Origin: Bugula neritina
Lineage: Eukaryota > Animalia > Bryozoa
Assembly: GCA_964035545.1 (NCBI GenBank)
Contig: OZ037767.1
Coordinates: forward strand, 30,272,628 to 30,336,627
DNA: 64,000 nt
Direction: 5' to 3'
The translations under genes were made by a program, and so were the position numbers. Below the pieces are notes generated by a model. It did no database searches and was not told where the DNA came from. It saw nothing but the letters and a program-made list of their open reading frames with translations. Positions 10,883-26,000 of the stretch are shown one piece after another (positions within the stretch are counted from its first letter, which is position 1; every line of letters starts with the position of its first letter).

Positions 10883-13800
10883 TTATGCCACCAGGGTGAG
10901 CCCTGCACCATTTCCATCCACCATTTTCCTGAAAGCTGGTCCAAGTTCGTCATGGAACTCTTTCTGATTTCGAGCAAAGTCAAATATCTGCAAGAGAAAT
11001 TTTTAAGATTCGAAATTATTACCAAAAGTAATTTTCTCCAAAGATTCGATAATTTTGCTTACTTTTATGAGCACACAACTCCTCAGCTAACACTAGGGCT
11101 TTTTATAAATATTTCACTTCCTTTTGATCCTTTAAACACCAAAGCTTATCAACCATGATTGAAACTAGTACTAACTACCAGTTCAGTGGTACTAACTGTA
11201 TGGGACATTAAGTGAGACAGTTGACAGAGTTGAAAGCTAGTGCAATAATTACTCTTTTACTGACAGAGATACAATTTTCAGGTATCCTTCCTTTCCCTAT
11301 TCAAATATTGCCTGTAATATATGTACAGTTTAAATAAAGTAAGTTTTATCTCCAATTTATTTTTAAATTCAAGATGGTTGCTCGTGTGGGAGTAATTTAC
11401 TGTATAACGAAGGGAGCCATAAGTAGTTGTGATATACTAACGATATGTGCGGAGGGGGTATCTGTACACTCGTCCATTGTTGTACAGGAAGGTTCGTCAA
11501 AGGGCCCTGACACATCATAGTTCTTGAGCATAGACATATCTGCATGCAACATGAGGAAATTAGAATCTGGTCGTGTCCATGCCGTAGAGCTGAAACAAAC
11601 AATGGTTAAATGTGTAAAGTGCGCTATATTTTACTTATTTAATTCATTTTAAAAATTGTTGAAAAATCCATGGTGAAATTATTTCGTCCAAGTTTGAAGG
11701 TCATGTGATACCAAACACTTTTCATATCATTAATAATTTTCGAGATTCACAGAATCTATCAGAAAAATGAATGTTACAATATATGAAAGCGCGAATCACC
11801 ATAAATGCATTATGATCATAAGGTTAAAAATACTTAAATGGTGCCTCTTTTAGGCCTGCATGTCTTCCTACATTGTACTCTGTAGAATACATTTATAAGA
11901 ACTGGTGTAGGTTTCTATTATAGCCTATAATTCATTTCCTGCCAGCATACAACCTGCTTCTGTGAGAACCCCTACATATAAATGCTCTAACCTGCTAGTG
12001 AAATGCAACAAGTAACTTTCAAGGAGTTGTCTTTACATCACTTATAGAGAATATTTGTAGAGAGAGGAGTGTGAAGTTGCAGCAAATATTTGATGCAAAT
12101 AAAATTATTAATTAATTTCATATTGAAACTATATTTATATCACAAAATAGTATTTATCAACAGTTCTTAAAAAAATTAAGTTTAGGGAATTGCAATTTGT
12201 TGCATGAAATTCTTTCCGTGTCTTCATTTTTATAAGGTCATTCATATGGCAAATTACGGCACAAAAATTCTCTGCTTCATGAACTTAGTGTATCATCTGG
12301 GTTAATTCTTTGCATATTTTGTGACTGCCAGTAAAACAGTAAATGAAAGTTATCTGCTCTTTGAAAACAAGGGCACCTAACTCCCAAGAAGTACAAACTC
12401 ACTTGACAAATCTGTTTCTGAAGGGTTTAGCGACCCAGTCTCCGGATGCCATGTTTAAGAAGAAGCCATTGTCGAGTCTGCCGGGGTGACCATCCCAAGT
12501 CCCTGCGAACCCAGATCTGCTGGTGTGTGCTCCACCCAATGAGTGACAACCTGCGTAATGCTTTATATTCAATATGCATATATAATTTACATGCAACCAT
12601 ATTAGTCTGTCACGTTTTATAGATAAATGATAGAGTACTTATGTAAATTATGCAATGTAATTTATATGCATACAGTATTCAAAGTGAAATAAAAGTGCAA
12701 ATTACTGTTTTAAAATGTAACTAACCCTAGCTACTCTTTGAGTACGTCTGGCATGTGGCTACCACAAAGTTGATATGATTGCAATAGCAGTCTCATTCTA
12801 GGTTAAAGAAAAGCTACCAACCCATCAGAGCGACTGCCTCGCGAGCTGTAATTCCGAACTCATCCTGCAGAAGTGGTATTGTGTTGAGGATGGTGCCGTG
12901 TGGAAGATGGCGGTTTGGAAAACCTTGTGCCGGGTTGCAATCCCGTCTACCAATTGAGTATGGTATGTCCACAGTGCCATCTGTTAGAGAAAGAATGTAT
13001 ACTGTACAATACACGAGTTGCTGTAACAAGTAGTTACTGTAGTGTGTTAGTGTAGCCACTCTTTATAACAAGTTACTGTAGCCATGTAACTATTGTAGCA
13101 AGTAAAGTCGCTAGTTAATATCTCGAGACAAAGTATAGGATAGCCTTGTAACAAACACTGCAGGTTACATGTTGATACTCTTCCACCAGTTACTCACTGG
13201 CAAATGTAGCAGCTTGCTTCAAGGACTCTGTTCCAAGTAGAGCAAATATGTCTGCCAGGGACAGCTGTGGTGCATAGTCATTTTTGAACTTCTTAGCAAA
13301 ATCTACTGTACTCTTTAGCCCTTAAAATACACAGTGTTATAAAATCTCTGAAGTTACTTTAAAAAATACTACCCTTGTTCATACTACACAAACGTAGCTT
13401 GAAAGTGGCTCTTTGGTTTGAAAAGTTGAATAATAGTGGTTTATAGCAACATGACTCAGACTACGTCTAGCTAATATACACATTTGTCGAGGAGGAGCAT
13501 ATAATTGGTGCTAAATAAGAATCAACTTATGCAGAAGATAAAACTTTAAGGGGAGAAGAATATAGTGCAATTTCTGCTCACCTCTGTTCCCGGGATTTCC
13601 TTCTGTGTCAACGCACCCGTCACACCCCCCAACACAATCGTGGAATGAAATCTGCACTAATCTGGGCAAAAATGTCATCTGAAAACAATAACAATAACAA
13701 TTTCTGCATCTTCTTAAAATTGCACATACCTATAATTTACATAAAAACTGATATTATTATGTGTTTATATGTAAAAAAAATTATGCAGAAAGGCAAAAAT

Positions 13801-15825
13801 GTATAAATTAAGAAACCAACTGTAACCACTGTGATAGTTGTACATGTAGGTCAATGTAGATCAATGACACTATATCGTTCTGTCCAAAATATATACATAA
13901 TACTATATAACATATCACTGGTTATACTAACAGATGAATACTGGCTAAGGTTGATGAAAAAAGCGTTGAAACCGATAAGTGATGTGTTGGTAAGTAGCAA
14001 CTCTGCTAGTTGGTAAGTAGCAACTCTGCTAGTTGGTAAGTAGCAACTCTGCTAGTTGGTAAGTAGCAATTTCACAAGTTGGTAAATAACAACTAGTGGA
14101 ATTGGCAAAATAGTCAGCAACTGGCAACCATTTGGTTACTCATCAGACAGACTTACAGACGGCTGATTTATATGCACTAGTCTGCCAGACTGGTATTGCA
14201 CAATACGATGCTACCATTTTAGGAATATCAGCTGGTAATTGAGTGTAATGTTTAGGCTGCATATTATATTTTTAGGTTTAGACAACAAAATAGATTATCT
14301 GAAAGAAAAGTAAAGCTATGCAATGCAGATGTAGAAATGGAATTCGGTGACAAACATCACGACTTCAACATTAGCATCTACAACGTAGTATGCTGATCTA
14401 CTCTAGTTTTAGTTAAAATAATACAAACACTAACTTTGGTTTTCAATCTTTAGCATTTTTTGCCTAAAACGAAGGAAAACAATTTTTTCTGTAATAAACA
14501 TAAGAAATAATCATTTATTTTTTGCTGAATAAATTTTTAGCTAGAAAAATCTCTATTTCTTACTTAAAGGCTAACACGGCCCTTGACTGTATACCGTAGG
14601 GATCTATTTTGGTGACTCAGTTATCCCTGTAAAGCGCTTTTTATTGCAGTTAAGATGGTAGTTAAGCAGATTAAGAAACACTCATACCATTTGATTTACC
14701 CTAAGCATGGGATTAATAAACATCTCATCTTATTAGGGAAATCGCAGAATGACAAAACATAAAATATTGTCTTCTGGATCAGACATTGGTGGAGTTCCTT
14801 CAATTAGTCCAGACTAAGCAGCAAGTAGCCTATATAGCAGGCAGTTATTATTAGTGAGAGCACAGGCTATTTAGCACTGCATTCTCTCTCTAATATGAGT
14901 GTAGACAAGCAACAACCAAATTACCATTAGTTTCATGTTCACTCCCTTAGTGTAAACTTAACAGCTAAACACGATCACAAATATGAATATAGCTGGGATA
15001 GAAATGAGCAATAGCTGCAGAATGTTGGGCTGAAAGCTAAGTTATGCAGAAATTTCCACGTATTACACAACTAGTCAACACATGCAAGGTTGAACTTGAG
15101 TGGTTGAAAGGTTTCTGGTAGAGGGGTGGGTTATAGGCCCTTGACTTTCAGTAGACAGAGAAAAGAGCTATATTTATACAAATATGACTACCCATGATAG
15201 ACAATGATATGAAATAGGAGAAGGTAGTGGAAAGGGATGGGCTAATTGAGGAATTATAAAACAGATAAGTTAGAGAAACTTTGTGAGAAGTAGCAGGTTT
15301 ATAACTCTAAAGCCACCTTAATATTCAGTTTAAACAAAAATAATTTTTATTCTATGACTAACATCATATGCTATGCATATCAGCTACGTTTTGCTTTGCA
15401 GTGTTTCTCTTGATATATAACCAAATGTTTTGTTGATGTAGTATGAGTTAAGGTGGTGTACTGTGAGTTAAGGTGATGTACTGATAGTTAAGGTGATGTA
15501 CTGTGAGTTAAGGTGATGTACTGATAGTTAAGGTGATGTACTGTGAGTTAAGGTGATGTACTGTGAGTTAAGGTGATGTACTGTGAGTTAAGGTGATGTA
15601 CTGTGAGTTAAGGTGATGTACTATGAGTTGAGGTTGTATATACTATAGTTAGGTGACATATAAACTATGAGTAAAGTGCTATATCATAAGTTGAATACTG
15701 TATACACTCACGTCTTGTCTCAAACGCTTCACTAACCCTCGCTGCAGGAAGGCATGTTGTGACGGAGTCAGATCGGCAGCTGCTGACGTGACTATCAGTA
15801 TTACTAAAGCTGCTTGAATCACCAT
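10883..15825 (-). CDS. Secreted non-animal-type heme peroxidase (peroxidase-catalase superfamily, APX-like), 297 aa. Exons 15712-15825, 13582-13678, 13198-13320, 12822-12980, 12403-12550, 11442-11589, 10883-10987
   Basis: Signal peptide MVIQAALVILIVTSAAA; distal motif LVQISFHDCVGGCDGC; SLADIFALLG; GRRDC; proximal VALMGCHSLG; RSGFAGTW; LMLHADM; C-terminal FHDELGPAFRKM. Seven exons total 894 nt with consistent phases. Confidence 0.9.
13987..14070. repeat. 23-bp minisatellite (TTGGTAAGTAGCAACTCTGCTAG), ~3.5 copies, in a peroxidase intron
   Basis: Tandem copies seen directly. Confidence 0.85.
15440..15635. repeat. 20-bp minisatellite (GTACTGTGAGTTAAGGTGAT), ~9 copies, in a peroxidase intron
   Basis: Tandem copies seen directly. 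Confidence 0.9.
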
Positions 15826-18800
15826 GGCTTCCAGAACTGCTGTCAGAAACACAAATAGCACTGTACTACACTGTACACAGCACAGTGCTACAATACATAC
15901 TACACTGTACTACACTATACACAGCACAGTGCTACAATACATACTACACCGTAATTATACACTGTACACTGCACAGTGCTACATTATAACATAGTACCCT
16001 ATACACTGCACAGTGCTACACTACATACTACACTGCGCAGTATTACATTACAACAGATGGTTATAACACTCTGTTTAAAAATAATACAGCATATACTTAT
16101 CTAGTTGGAAAGATAATATAATAAAATAAGCAAATTTTCATACTTTGATCAACAAAGCATCTTTTTCTAGTTTAAAGACAAATTTTATAAATGGCCTACA
16201 GTATATACTCGAGGAGAATAGCATTTACTAAATGTTCTTACAAAACGGTAAATTTGTACCCAATACTTAAATACAAAAACAATGTGAACAATTAAATTGT
16301 GGTGACTTTATGTACATGTACAGTAGATATATATATATATATGAGTATGGTATAATGAACGGTTTCATAATAAAATATAAATTTACAAAAATAAAGAAGC
16401 TATTCACTGATTGCTACAAGAGTTTTTTACATACATTCCATCATCTGATGAACATGTAGATAGAACATACCTGCACTAGGTGGGTGCTGATCACTAGAGT
16501 ATAAATACGTTTATACAGAACATACAGCGAGAGATGACAGTCTCTCTATGCAGGAGATGGTAATCCTGGAGCTATGCTAATGGTTGGCTCAACCACCTGT
16601 GACCAAATGACTTCAGCATTGGAACTGACAGTCTTAGAATACCTACAATGTGACGCTGATGAATAAAACTGAATATTCTCAGTCACAGTGATGAAGATTG
16701 ATGAATTGAATTATCATTATTTATTGCATTATTGTGTAGTTATTATTTTGGCAATAAATATTTTTGTTGAGTGATCAATTCCGGTATTGATACATTGCCA
16801 CTGTCATGACTTTTGTAGCTATGGAATATAACTTTGGCAAGATTCTATTAATAGACTCAGTCTCCTTGGCTTACCCAACGAACTTTAGTTTGGGTCGACA
16901 GATAACATTCTTGATATTATTGTTTTTCTAAAACAAGGATCCCAATCTTAACTATTTTTAGTTAGTCACTCCTAGTGACAGGTAGAAACAAGAAATATTT
17001 TCTACTGGCTGTATTATTTGCAAAGAATGAGTAGTGTGAATATTATTTGTAGACATTATGCAGCCATGACAACATAGCAACTAGTTGTGGTGGTACATTA
17101 TGAAGGTCAGGAAATGGTAAACATTTCTGTCCATATACCAGAGCTTGTGTGTTACTGTTAAATCTACACCACATGGCTATGTTAGATACAATAGACTGGC
17201 AGATACAAAAAGTTCAGTTAAAATGCCACATCTGATAAAACTTAAAAGTTTTACTTTGAGCAAATTAATAGTAAATCAACTTTTTAGATTAATTATAAAA
17301 TTAAAGAGTAAAAGCACCACTTCCTCTTTTAAAAATGACATTTGAAATTTGAATCTCTAATACTTTGGCTGTGGAGGTGGAGAGTTCATGAGCACCAACC
17401 TGTATACCTGATCAGCTGAAATACTTTTCACATCCACCATGAAATCTTGGTCAGAGGGCCAAATCCTTGATGGCCTATCAAGGGCTTATAATTTTAGACA
17501 GAAATAAGCCTCTTATAACAAAGAGTCGCCAACATATATCACATGACAGCTACTCCACCCTTTCCCTTAGGACATCACTAACTAGCCCTCCCTACCCTGT
17601 AGCCACCCCACCCATTTCCGCATCTTACCTTAGATTCACCTGTTTTATTTTGCATCAAGAACCTAGCCAGTGCCCAATATATTAGCTGAACAAAAGCCTC
17701 TGAGGTTATTCTCTTGCCAACTGCAAAGAGTCAACTTTTTCCAGATTGTTCTATAAAATTAAATGTTACACAGACACAGCCAATGAAGTGTAAGATACAA
17801 ATGCTGCATGTGTAGTTCTGCCAATGCTTAGCTGGTAAAGTAATCCAAATGAGCACAGGAGATGCTACACTACATGATGAAGTGTAGTGAAGACCTAGCA
17901 CCACTCAGTCGCTTCTACAAGACAGCAGCAAAACCCACCTTTAATTGAAACACGAATAAAGCAGCATTCCCTAAATGATTCTCTAACAAAGCAATACTTC
18001 TACAGCAGTAGATTGGGAAGCTGGTGTTACCAAATATACCTTTACACATAGCACAACACACAGGTGCCACGCAAGTCAAGTATGTTTCAATCCATAGTCC
18101 AGCTTTCTTGCTAAAACAAAACAAAGGTGGCCTAAATTAAAAAAATTACACTCACAGTACCACACAGAATGCGTCTGGCCTACTGGGCAATATCTAAAAT
18201 ATTTCCTTTGAGATAAAGTTTGAAGGTTGAATTATAGCCATGTTTGAGGAATGTCATGGCTTCAACTTATCTCAAATGTGAATTATAGAATGCCCCGGAA
18301 TGTTCTAAAATTGAGAAAATAAAAGTATTAATTGGAGCAGTTGGCAAGACACACTTGTAGTCACTAGTAAAATGTCTTTGAAGCCAAAACTCGGGAATTC
18401 CAGAAATAACTGATAAGTAACTTAATGAGGTGCTGTTCAGCTGCTATTATACTATACTAATCAAATAGAAGCTTCCAGATTATTCGATGTAAGCAGCTGT
18501 TTTTGGAACCAGATAAATATGTAAGACATTGTCCGCCCCTAAAAAAAGCTATTTCTAAATCATAATATTATGGAAAGAATTAGAAAGAAAAAACACAGAT
18601 ACTTTAACTGAAGGCATTTTGATGAATATCTCGTATGAAACATAAATTTGGAAATCTAGTCTTGAATGAGGAATGTTTAGATGAGCAATAAATTATTGTT
18701 GCAGAAAACCTTTCAAGATCAGAGTTAATCTGTAAAATATGGTCACCGCTAACATTCCACAAAACAGAGTAGAGAAGAGTAGAGAGAAGGGATAATCGAA

Positions 18801-20091
18801 TATTATTATACCACCACCAAACAGCTTTCCATGAAGTTGAGTAACAAACTGGAACAGATATACAGTAGTTACAGAGGTCAGATGAAAAGCTGTTGCATGT
18901 TGCATGCATGCTAAATGCTCCTTCCTGAGCAGCCAAATATCTGCAGTCAAACAGTTGGCTACATATTCCACATTTATTTAACAACAAACCAATTAATTAT
19001 ATTTCTCTGATAACAGACAGTTAATATTTGAGGATTTGCCAGCTGATCAACATTTGACTGTCACCTCCACAGGTAGTTGGTGTTGACTGCAGATCCAGAT
19101 GCAGTCGTCTTCAAATATGTCTCAAATGTCATCAAAACAATTTAAAGCAATGAATCAATTTTTGACCACAATTATCAATAAATTACAATAAAATATTCAT
19201 TTTTAATACCAATAAAATCATTTACTTGAAAATAATTTTATACATTAATAGCTTTTTGATTATGCTACTCAAAGCTAGATAAATACCCGCAGTTACTAAT
19301 GGCAAAAAGACAACAGCTACATATGAAAACAGGGCACACCTTTCAGCCCTGGATGAACTATAAATTAAATAAAGAAAGTATTTTCATGTTAATTTAAAGA
19401 GAGTAGCTATATGGTCTAGCAGGTAAAAGATCTGGTTTAGTATAGTTTGCAGGGCCCGTGATGTTGCCAGGCAAAACATCTGGTAATAGTTACTTACTTA
19501 GTTGTATCTTTCAACTCATACTGAATTCTCCCAGAGATAACCAAATGCCAAAGAGTCTTAACTTTAAACACAGAGGTGGGGGGGGGGGAGTACCATACCC
19601 TAATAAGGTGATATCATTCGGATGCAACTGTACAGATTAAACATTGTAACCAGTGTTGTTAGGCAGTTCTGTGCTAGCAGAATAACATGGTGGGTCCCTC
19701 TGTTCGTATGAATGATGATTTGAAGCTCCAAGAACAGTAAAAACTTGTATTTATAAATTCAAAATACTGACAATATAAAGCTTCACATTTATCATTTAAA
19801 ATTATGCGTAAAGAGTTGCAATGGCACATTATTAGCACAACAATGCCTAAAATATCACAATATAATACAAGCTATAAACCACGCGTCTGGAAACTAATAA
19901 GAACTTTAATCTACACTTGTGACCTTTCATAGGTTATTCTGCAGAAAAAAACTGTTACTATGCAGCATCTGAGAATCAAACCTGCAGTAAAGTTTATAAA
20001 AAGCGGCAAATAGTCAGGAAAGCCGCAGCCAATTATGTAAATTTGTGCTACAAGCACAGTGAAGTGAAAATGACTTGGTAGAGGCAGGAAG

Positions 20092-23000
20092 CTAGAGGTA
20101 AGGCTGCCACCCAATGTACATGACAGCCAGGTTGGCGGGGTCCACAGCCTGCTGTATCAGGTAGTTCACCTGGCCGCTGACGCTCAGGTAAGAGTTCTGT
20201 TCCAAACCTCTCAGCTTGTTCCTAACGAGCAGCAGAGCGTTAGCAGCTTGCTGATGTTTGTTTGTGTCAGCAATGGCATTACTATTGGCTGTTTCCTCTC
20301 TGGCAGCAGTGGAGGCTGACCTATTAGCTTGAGTACCTGTAAACAGTACAGCATGACAAAATGTAATACAATACAACATGTATGTAATGCAGTGTAATGT
20401 AATGCAGTACAATAAAATACAGTTCAGTACAATACAATGCAAAGCAATACAAAGCAATGAAATGAAATCGAGCACAATTTAAAAAAGTAAAGCTTTGAGT
20501 GAACCACCATTGATTTTATAAACTACCACTCATGCTTCAAACTAAAATTAAAATATCTATTATACTGAAACTCAGTCTACTACTGCAAGTCAAATGAAAC
20601 TGAAAGAATACGCCAACTGAATATAACAATCAAATGAATACAGCCAAATCATAATGACGGATGCTAGACAAAAAATTTTTCAGGTAAAATGAGGAAGCAA
20701 AGATCAGCCAACTATTCCATGTGAAAAGTTCGTCAATAAAGCGTCAAATACGAGGAGAAGTTTTACGTAACATCTGCATCATAATAAGCTGTGCTAACAC
20801 CTTTTCAGCAGAGTGAAAGTAAGTGAAACTACAGAACAGAGAGTAGAGCTGCAGGGGAACTGATCAGACAGGACATTTTCATTAAAGACAGATGCCTGCC
20901 GTTTCACTGCACCATCAAATTAATGCTCCAACTGGCCGTCAGTTCATGATTTCTTTAACTTCCTACATTTTATTGTCTTGAAACTGAATAGACTATTGAA
21001 AAATTTTATTTTGAAAAGTTTGGGCAGTGCCTATAGACACCAGCATTGACAATAATCGGATCCAAAGGCTAAAGTCAACAAATATTTTGCTAAATCACTC
21101 CGTTAATTAATTTTAATTATCAATATTAACAGGAATGTCATTTACTCTTTGCTATTACCTCGAGCTCAAAGTAGGCATTGTTTAAAATATTTTAAATTAA
21201 AGATAAAGTAAATGAGTCAATGAGTTGGAACCTGACAAGGCATGTTACTGCTAGTACTATATAGATTGAGTGTTACCTCACTGAACTATCTAATACTATA
21301 TGAAGGAAACAGTAAAGTATTCCAATGTTAGTAGTAGTGCATGTAGAGGAGACAAATCCAACAATTTACTGCAGATGGCGTGAATTCACTAATAAATATG
21401 CCACTATTTAATAGCATCTAAATAGTTACATAACAGACAGACAACATATAGAATATCATCTCCGCAGAGTTGGTACACAATACCACCACCGATGGCAGCA
21501 CAGACAGCAATTATACAACAGAATCATATCACATCAGACTCACCCAAAATGACAGATTGGCTGGCCAAGGAGGGGTGTATAAAGCTGTCTACACCAGAGG
21601 GGAGAGGGGTTCTCAGATCGGTTTGCATCCGCTCCAGCTGCTCAGCTGAAAGGGTCCACTCAAGGATGGGGTCATCGATGAGCACCTGCAGGATGGTGTT
21701 GATTATTCTGCCAGATCCCCTTAATACTTTCAGTGTCTTCTCACAACACCTAGCGAGAGAGAGGATAACTCTAACAGTGACAGTACTTTACAGTACTCCG
21801 GATATGGAGTGTTTTTATATTGCTGTATGACTATATTACTATATTAAAATAAAACACATTTGCAGCATGCAGATAGCCCAAGGCCGCCTCTAGAATATGC
21901 AAAGTAGAGAGCATTTCTGCACACCACCAACAGACTCGGATTCACTTCAACCTTCATTGTACCGTCTCACAGTGTGCATGAAGTGCAGTTTAGAATCCAA
22001 GTCTACAAAAGCTATGAGAAGTTCCTAAACTATAGACTGACCTCCTGAAAGCACCATTAACTCCAGTAGGTCCGAAGCCATCAACTAGGTTCCTAGTAAG
22101 TCTGAAGGGTACAATCTCAGGCTTAGGAAGAGCTTTACCCTGCTCAAAGGCTACTCCGAAGTCAATGTGAATGAGTTCCCCAGAGTTCTCATCTATAAGT
22201 ATGTTGTTAGTGTGTCTGTCACCAATACCCAGCACATAGCCAACTACAACACAAAACCATGGAGTGTCAGGTCAAACCACATTTCTGGTGGGAATTTCTT
22301 GAAGGTGCGTTACATCAAATATTAGCTCTCTATCTCACTGGCTGAATGTTACTCTTGTACTTACTCATTGAGGTCAAGGTTACTCTAGTACTTACTCATT
22401 GAGGTCAAGGTCACTCTTGTACTTACTCATTGAGGTCAAGGCTACACTCTGACTGTACTTCCGACGGGCAGACAACCACCGCTCTGGCTCTGTGAATCTT
22501 TCCAAGAAATAATGGCGGAATATCGGTGGGATTTTCCTGCAGAGGTTGTTGTAGGCTTTAACAAAGCTGTCCCGGGAGTAGCTGCCGCTCACGTACTTGT
22601 CTTGTAGCACCGACTGTCAGCGAGTCAACAACAGAACGTTATTGTAAATCAAGTTGTATAGAAGAAGACAACTCCAGAGTCAGCTGATAATTCAAATTGA
22701 TGTGAAATTAAAATGTGGAGGCGCCTTGAGTCTTTAAATTTCTTGTTTTACATGAAATTAAGAACTCTACTATGTTCTCATTTACAAAATAAATGTTGAA
22801 TAATTGTAATATAGTTGTTGTATTATATTATATACATACATTTTCAATGGCTTTCAATTTCAGTAAAACAGTTAATGATGCAATTTATTTTATAAACATT
22901 TAGAAACAAATTTTGATATCATCAGTTTGACTATCTAGTCAGTATGAGTATAATTTCCAATGTGACTTACTAATTCCTGCCTAGCTTTCTGAGGAGGAGT

Positions 23001-26000
23001 TCCATTAGTCTGGTACCTACACAGCGCCCCCTTTCTGTATGTATCGTCTGTGGATCCAAGCCAAGCCCCTGAATAATACACAAATATTTGCTTTACTTGA
23101 TTTGCATGAAGCAGAAAAATATGCTGTCACACAAAAGGTGTATAGAGTGCTACACAGGTGTATATAGAGTAGTACACAGGTGTATAGAGAGTAGTACACA
23201 GGTGTATAGAGAGTACTACACAGGTGTATATAGAGTAGTACGCAGGTGTATAGAGTAGTACACAGGTATATAGAGTAGTACACAGGTGTATATAGAATAG
23301 TACACAGGTGTATAGAGAGTAGTACACAGGTGTGTATAGAGTAGTACACAGGTATATAGAATAGTACACAGGTATACAGAGTAGTACACAGGTGTGTATA
23401 GAGTAGTACACAGGTATACAGAGTAGTACACAGGTGTATTGTGAAGCTCACCTAGCGGTATTGTACCCTCACACCACTCTAGTAACCCAGATCTTTGACT
23501 CAGTGGAATCACTTTGTATGTTCTCAGTGTGAGAGAGGAACTAGACTGATTAGAATGAAGAAGCTCATTGACCAATGAGAAGACTTGTTGCATGACAGCA
23601 TCCTGTCTCGTGTCATCTTTTCCCTACAACCATTCGTTGAACTCTTAAATGAATTTGCTATAACATTTGCAATCATAAGTATTCATAAAATTTGAAAAGC
23701 TGTCACATGTTGCTATTTATAGACAAAAGTATGAAAAGTACAAAGCTTTAAGTTATAATCAAAAGGAAATACTATAGGCTACACTCCTTAACCTATCAGG
23801 GGTCCTACAGAGCTTACCTTACAAAGCTGCTTGTAGATTTTGCCATCCGACCCGACACACTTTATAATCTTTGGTTTACTCAGTCCTGAGGCTATACTAC
23901 ATTGTGAGTCATACTTGTAGACGTGAGGAACGTCACTGTAGTCACATGATGCCCGAGGCTAGAAACAAGCAGGCATAGTCTCACAACAACACAAGAGCGC
24001 GCAGTATGTTGGGGTGATAATGTTTCCAGACTACGAGAATAATTGGGAGAGATTTGTATGCAGATGAATTGAATCTTAAAACAAAATGAATCATGATTGA
24101 ATATTCATAATGAACATTCAGAGACTGGGTAATAGGTTAATTATTAGTTAGTATCAAGTTCAACATGAGCTGTTGTTTTTATGAAATAAGTACTAGTTAA
24201 AGTCTACTAGTCAAAGTCTCAAGTAAAAGTCTACTAGTCAAAGTCACTAGTCCAAAAAATTAGTAGCCAAAATACTTTCCTGCTATAATGGAAGTTTAAA
24301 AAGAGGAGCACTTCTTACCTTCAATGAATGTGTTAAGACGTGCGTCTGCTTCAGAGCCAATAGAGAAACCAGTTTGCAGTTAGAAGGCTGTAACTTTGTC
24401 TTAATGTCTTTGTTGTTAGCCAGGCTGATCAGAGACTCCACGAGCATGTTATACTCTTTGATCAGCTGCGCATTCCTCTGACCAATCTCCTTCAACAAGT
24501 TCTTAGCCACCATGGCTCTGGACTGCAGGAGAGAACAGGCAGAAAGCTGAGCAACCTTTCATATTAAACTGTAATATTCTATTTCTTTAGTGCATTGAGA
24601 GTAAGCCTACACATCATTGCTTTCTACATCAAGCAAGTTACAATGTATTCCACTTTAATGAATTTGTTTTTTGCAAATGTTTTAAGAGTTGTTTTCTCGA
24701 TTAAGTGACAAAAATATAAAGCTACAGTATATATATGGTGCACAAATTACTAAAATAAACTCACTTATAATGTTGAATTTTTTGAACATATATAGATAGT
24801 ACAAGTAACAATAATAGCTATTTCTAAAACATGAATTTTTAAAATTTGTTTATAAATATTCATGCAATATTCAGACTAATGCCACACATATTCAAAAAAT
24901 TTAAAGAAATGAAAGATTGTTGAAGAAATCATTGCACCTTGACTTCTTTCTGCACATGTTTACTGGATGTGTCTGTTGCCGCACATTTTAGAGCGAAGAG
25001 GATGGGAAGGACATGGTGAGGGTGCTCCTTCCCTGCTACTAGAATGAGTTGAGAGAGAGACGTCTGCAAGTCACTAGAGTCTTCGCTCAGTCTTGCTGTC
25101 AGCTGACACATCAGCGGGAGAAACTTATGACTGGGCAAGTCGCCAGGCAGCTTCTCCTACAGAATAACATCCAATCATTTACATGTCAACAGTAAAACTG
25201 GAGACCAACACCAGCCTGCCACTAACAACCAACCAACCAGCAACCACCAGCCTGCCACTAGCAACCAGCCAACCAGCAACCAACCAGTCAACTAACCAGT
25301 CAGTCAACCACCAACAAATCAATTAACTAATCAACCAGCAACAACCACCAACCAGCTAACCACCAACCACCAGTCAACCACCAACCACCAACAAATCCAT
25401 ACTTTTATGAGTTTCCTAATGTCTTCTCTCTTCTCATTATCGAACCAGATGGCTACAACCCGGAAGATGGAAAGCAGATCATACTTGCTGCCATTCTTCA
25501 TGGTTGCTATGTGATTAAGAAGTGCTCTTTGCATGTTGGTCACAAAAGCTTCTCTCGTCGCATTAATCTCTTTCTCATTCATTTCCATGTTACTACGCAG
25601 ATTACGCCGATACCTGCAACAGACGAGTTTACAAATAATCCGACCAGCAGAGGACAATGTGGAGATAACAACAAAACTCTATTAATTATTGTTGTTACAG
25701 CAGACGTGACTTACTTTGACGACTCGATAGTCTTGAGTTCATCCATCTGCTCCTGCTGTACACGGTGGATAGAGAGTTTACTCTCAAACTCTGAGGAGGT
25801 CATGTAAGTTCTCAGTCTTTCGTACTCATTGTCAGCAAACTCTGCGACAGCGTGATACGCTTCTTCTAGTTCTGAATATGATTATAATACGTGTTAGCAA
25901 TCAGTTTCACTGGTCATACTGAACTAGAGTCCCAGAAGCAAAATACACAGACTGTAGCTATGTAAAGCTTTGACCAACAACACTAGGGAAAGTATTTATT

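Noticed and set aside
19712-19770. C/D box snoRNA (ATGATGA...CTGA)
   Set aside because: No terminal stem, AT-rich interior, and not in an intron of a same-strand host.
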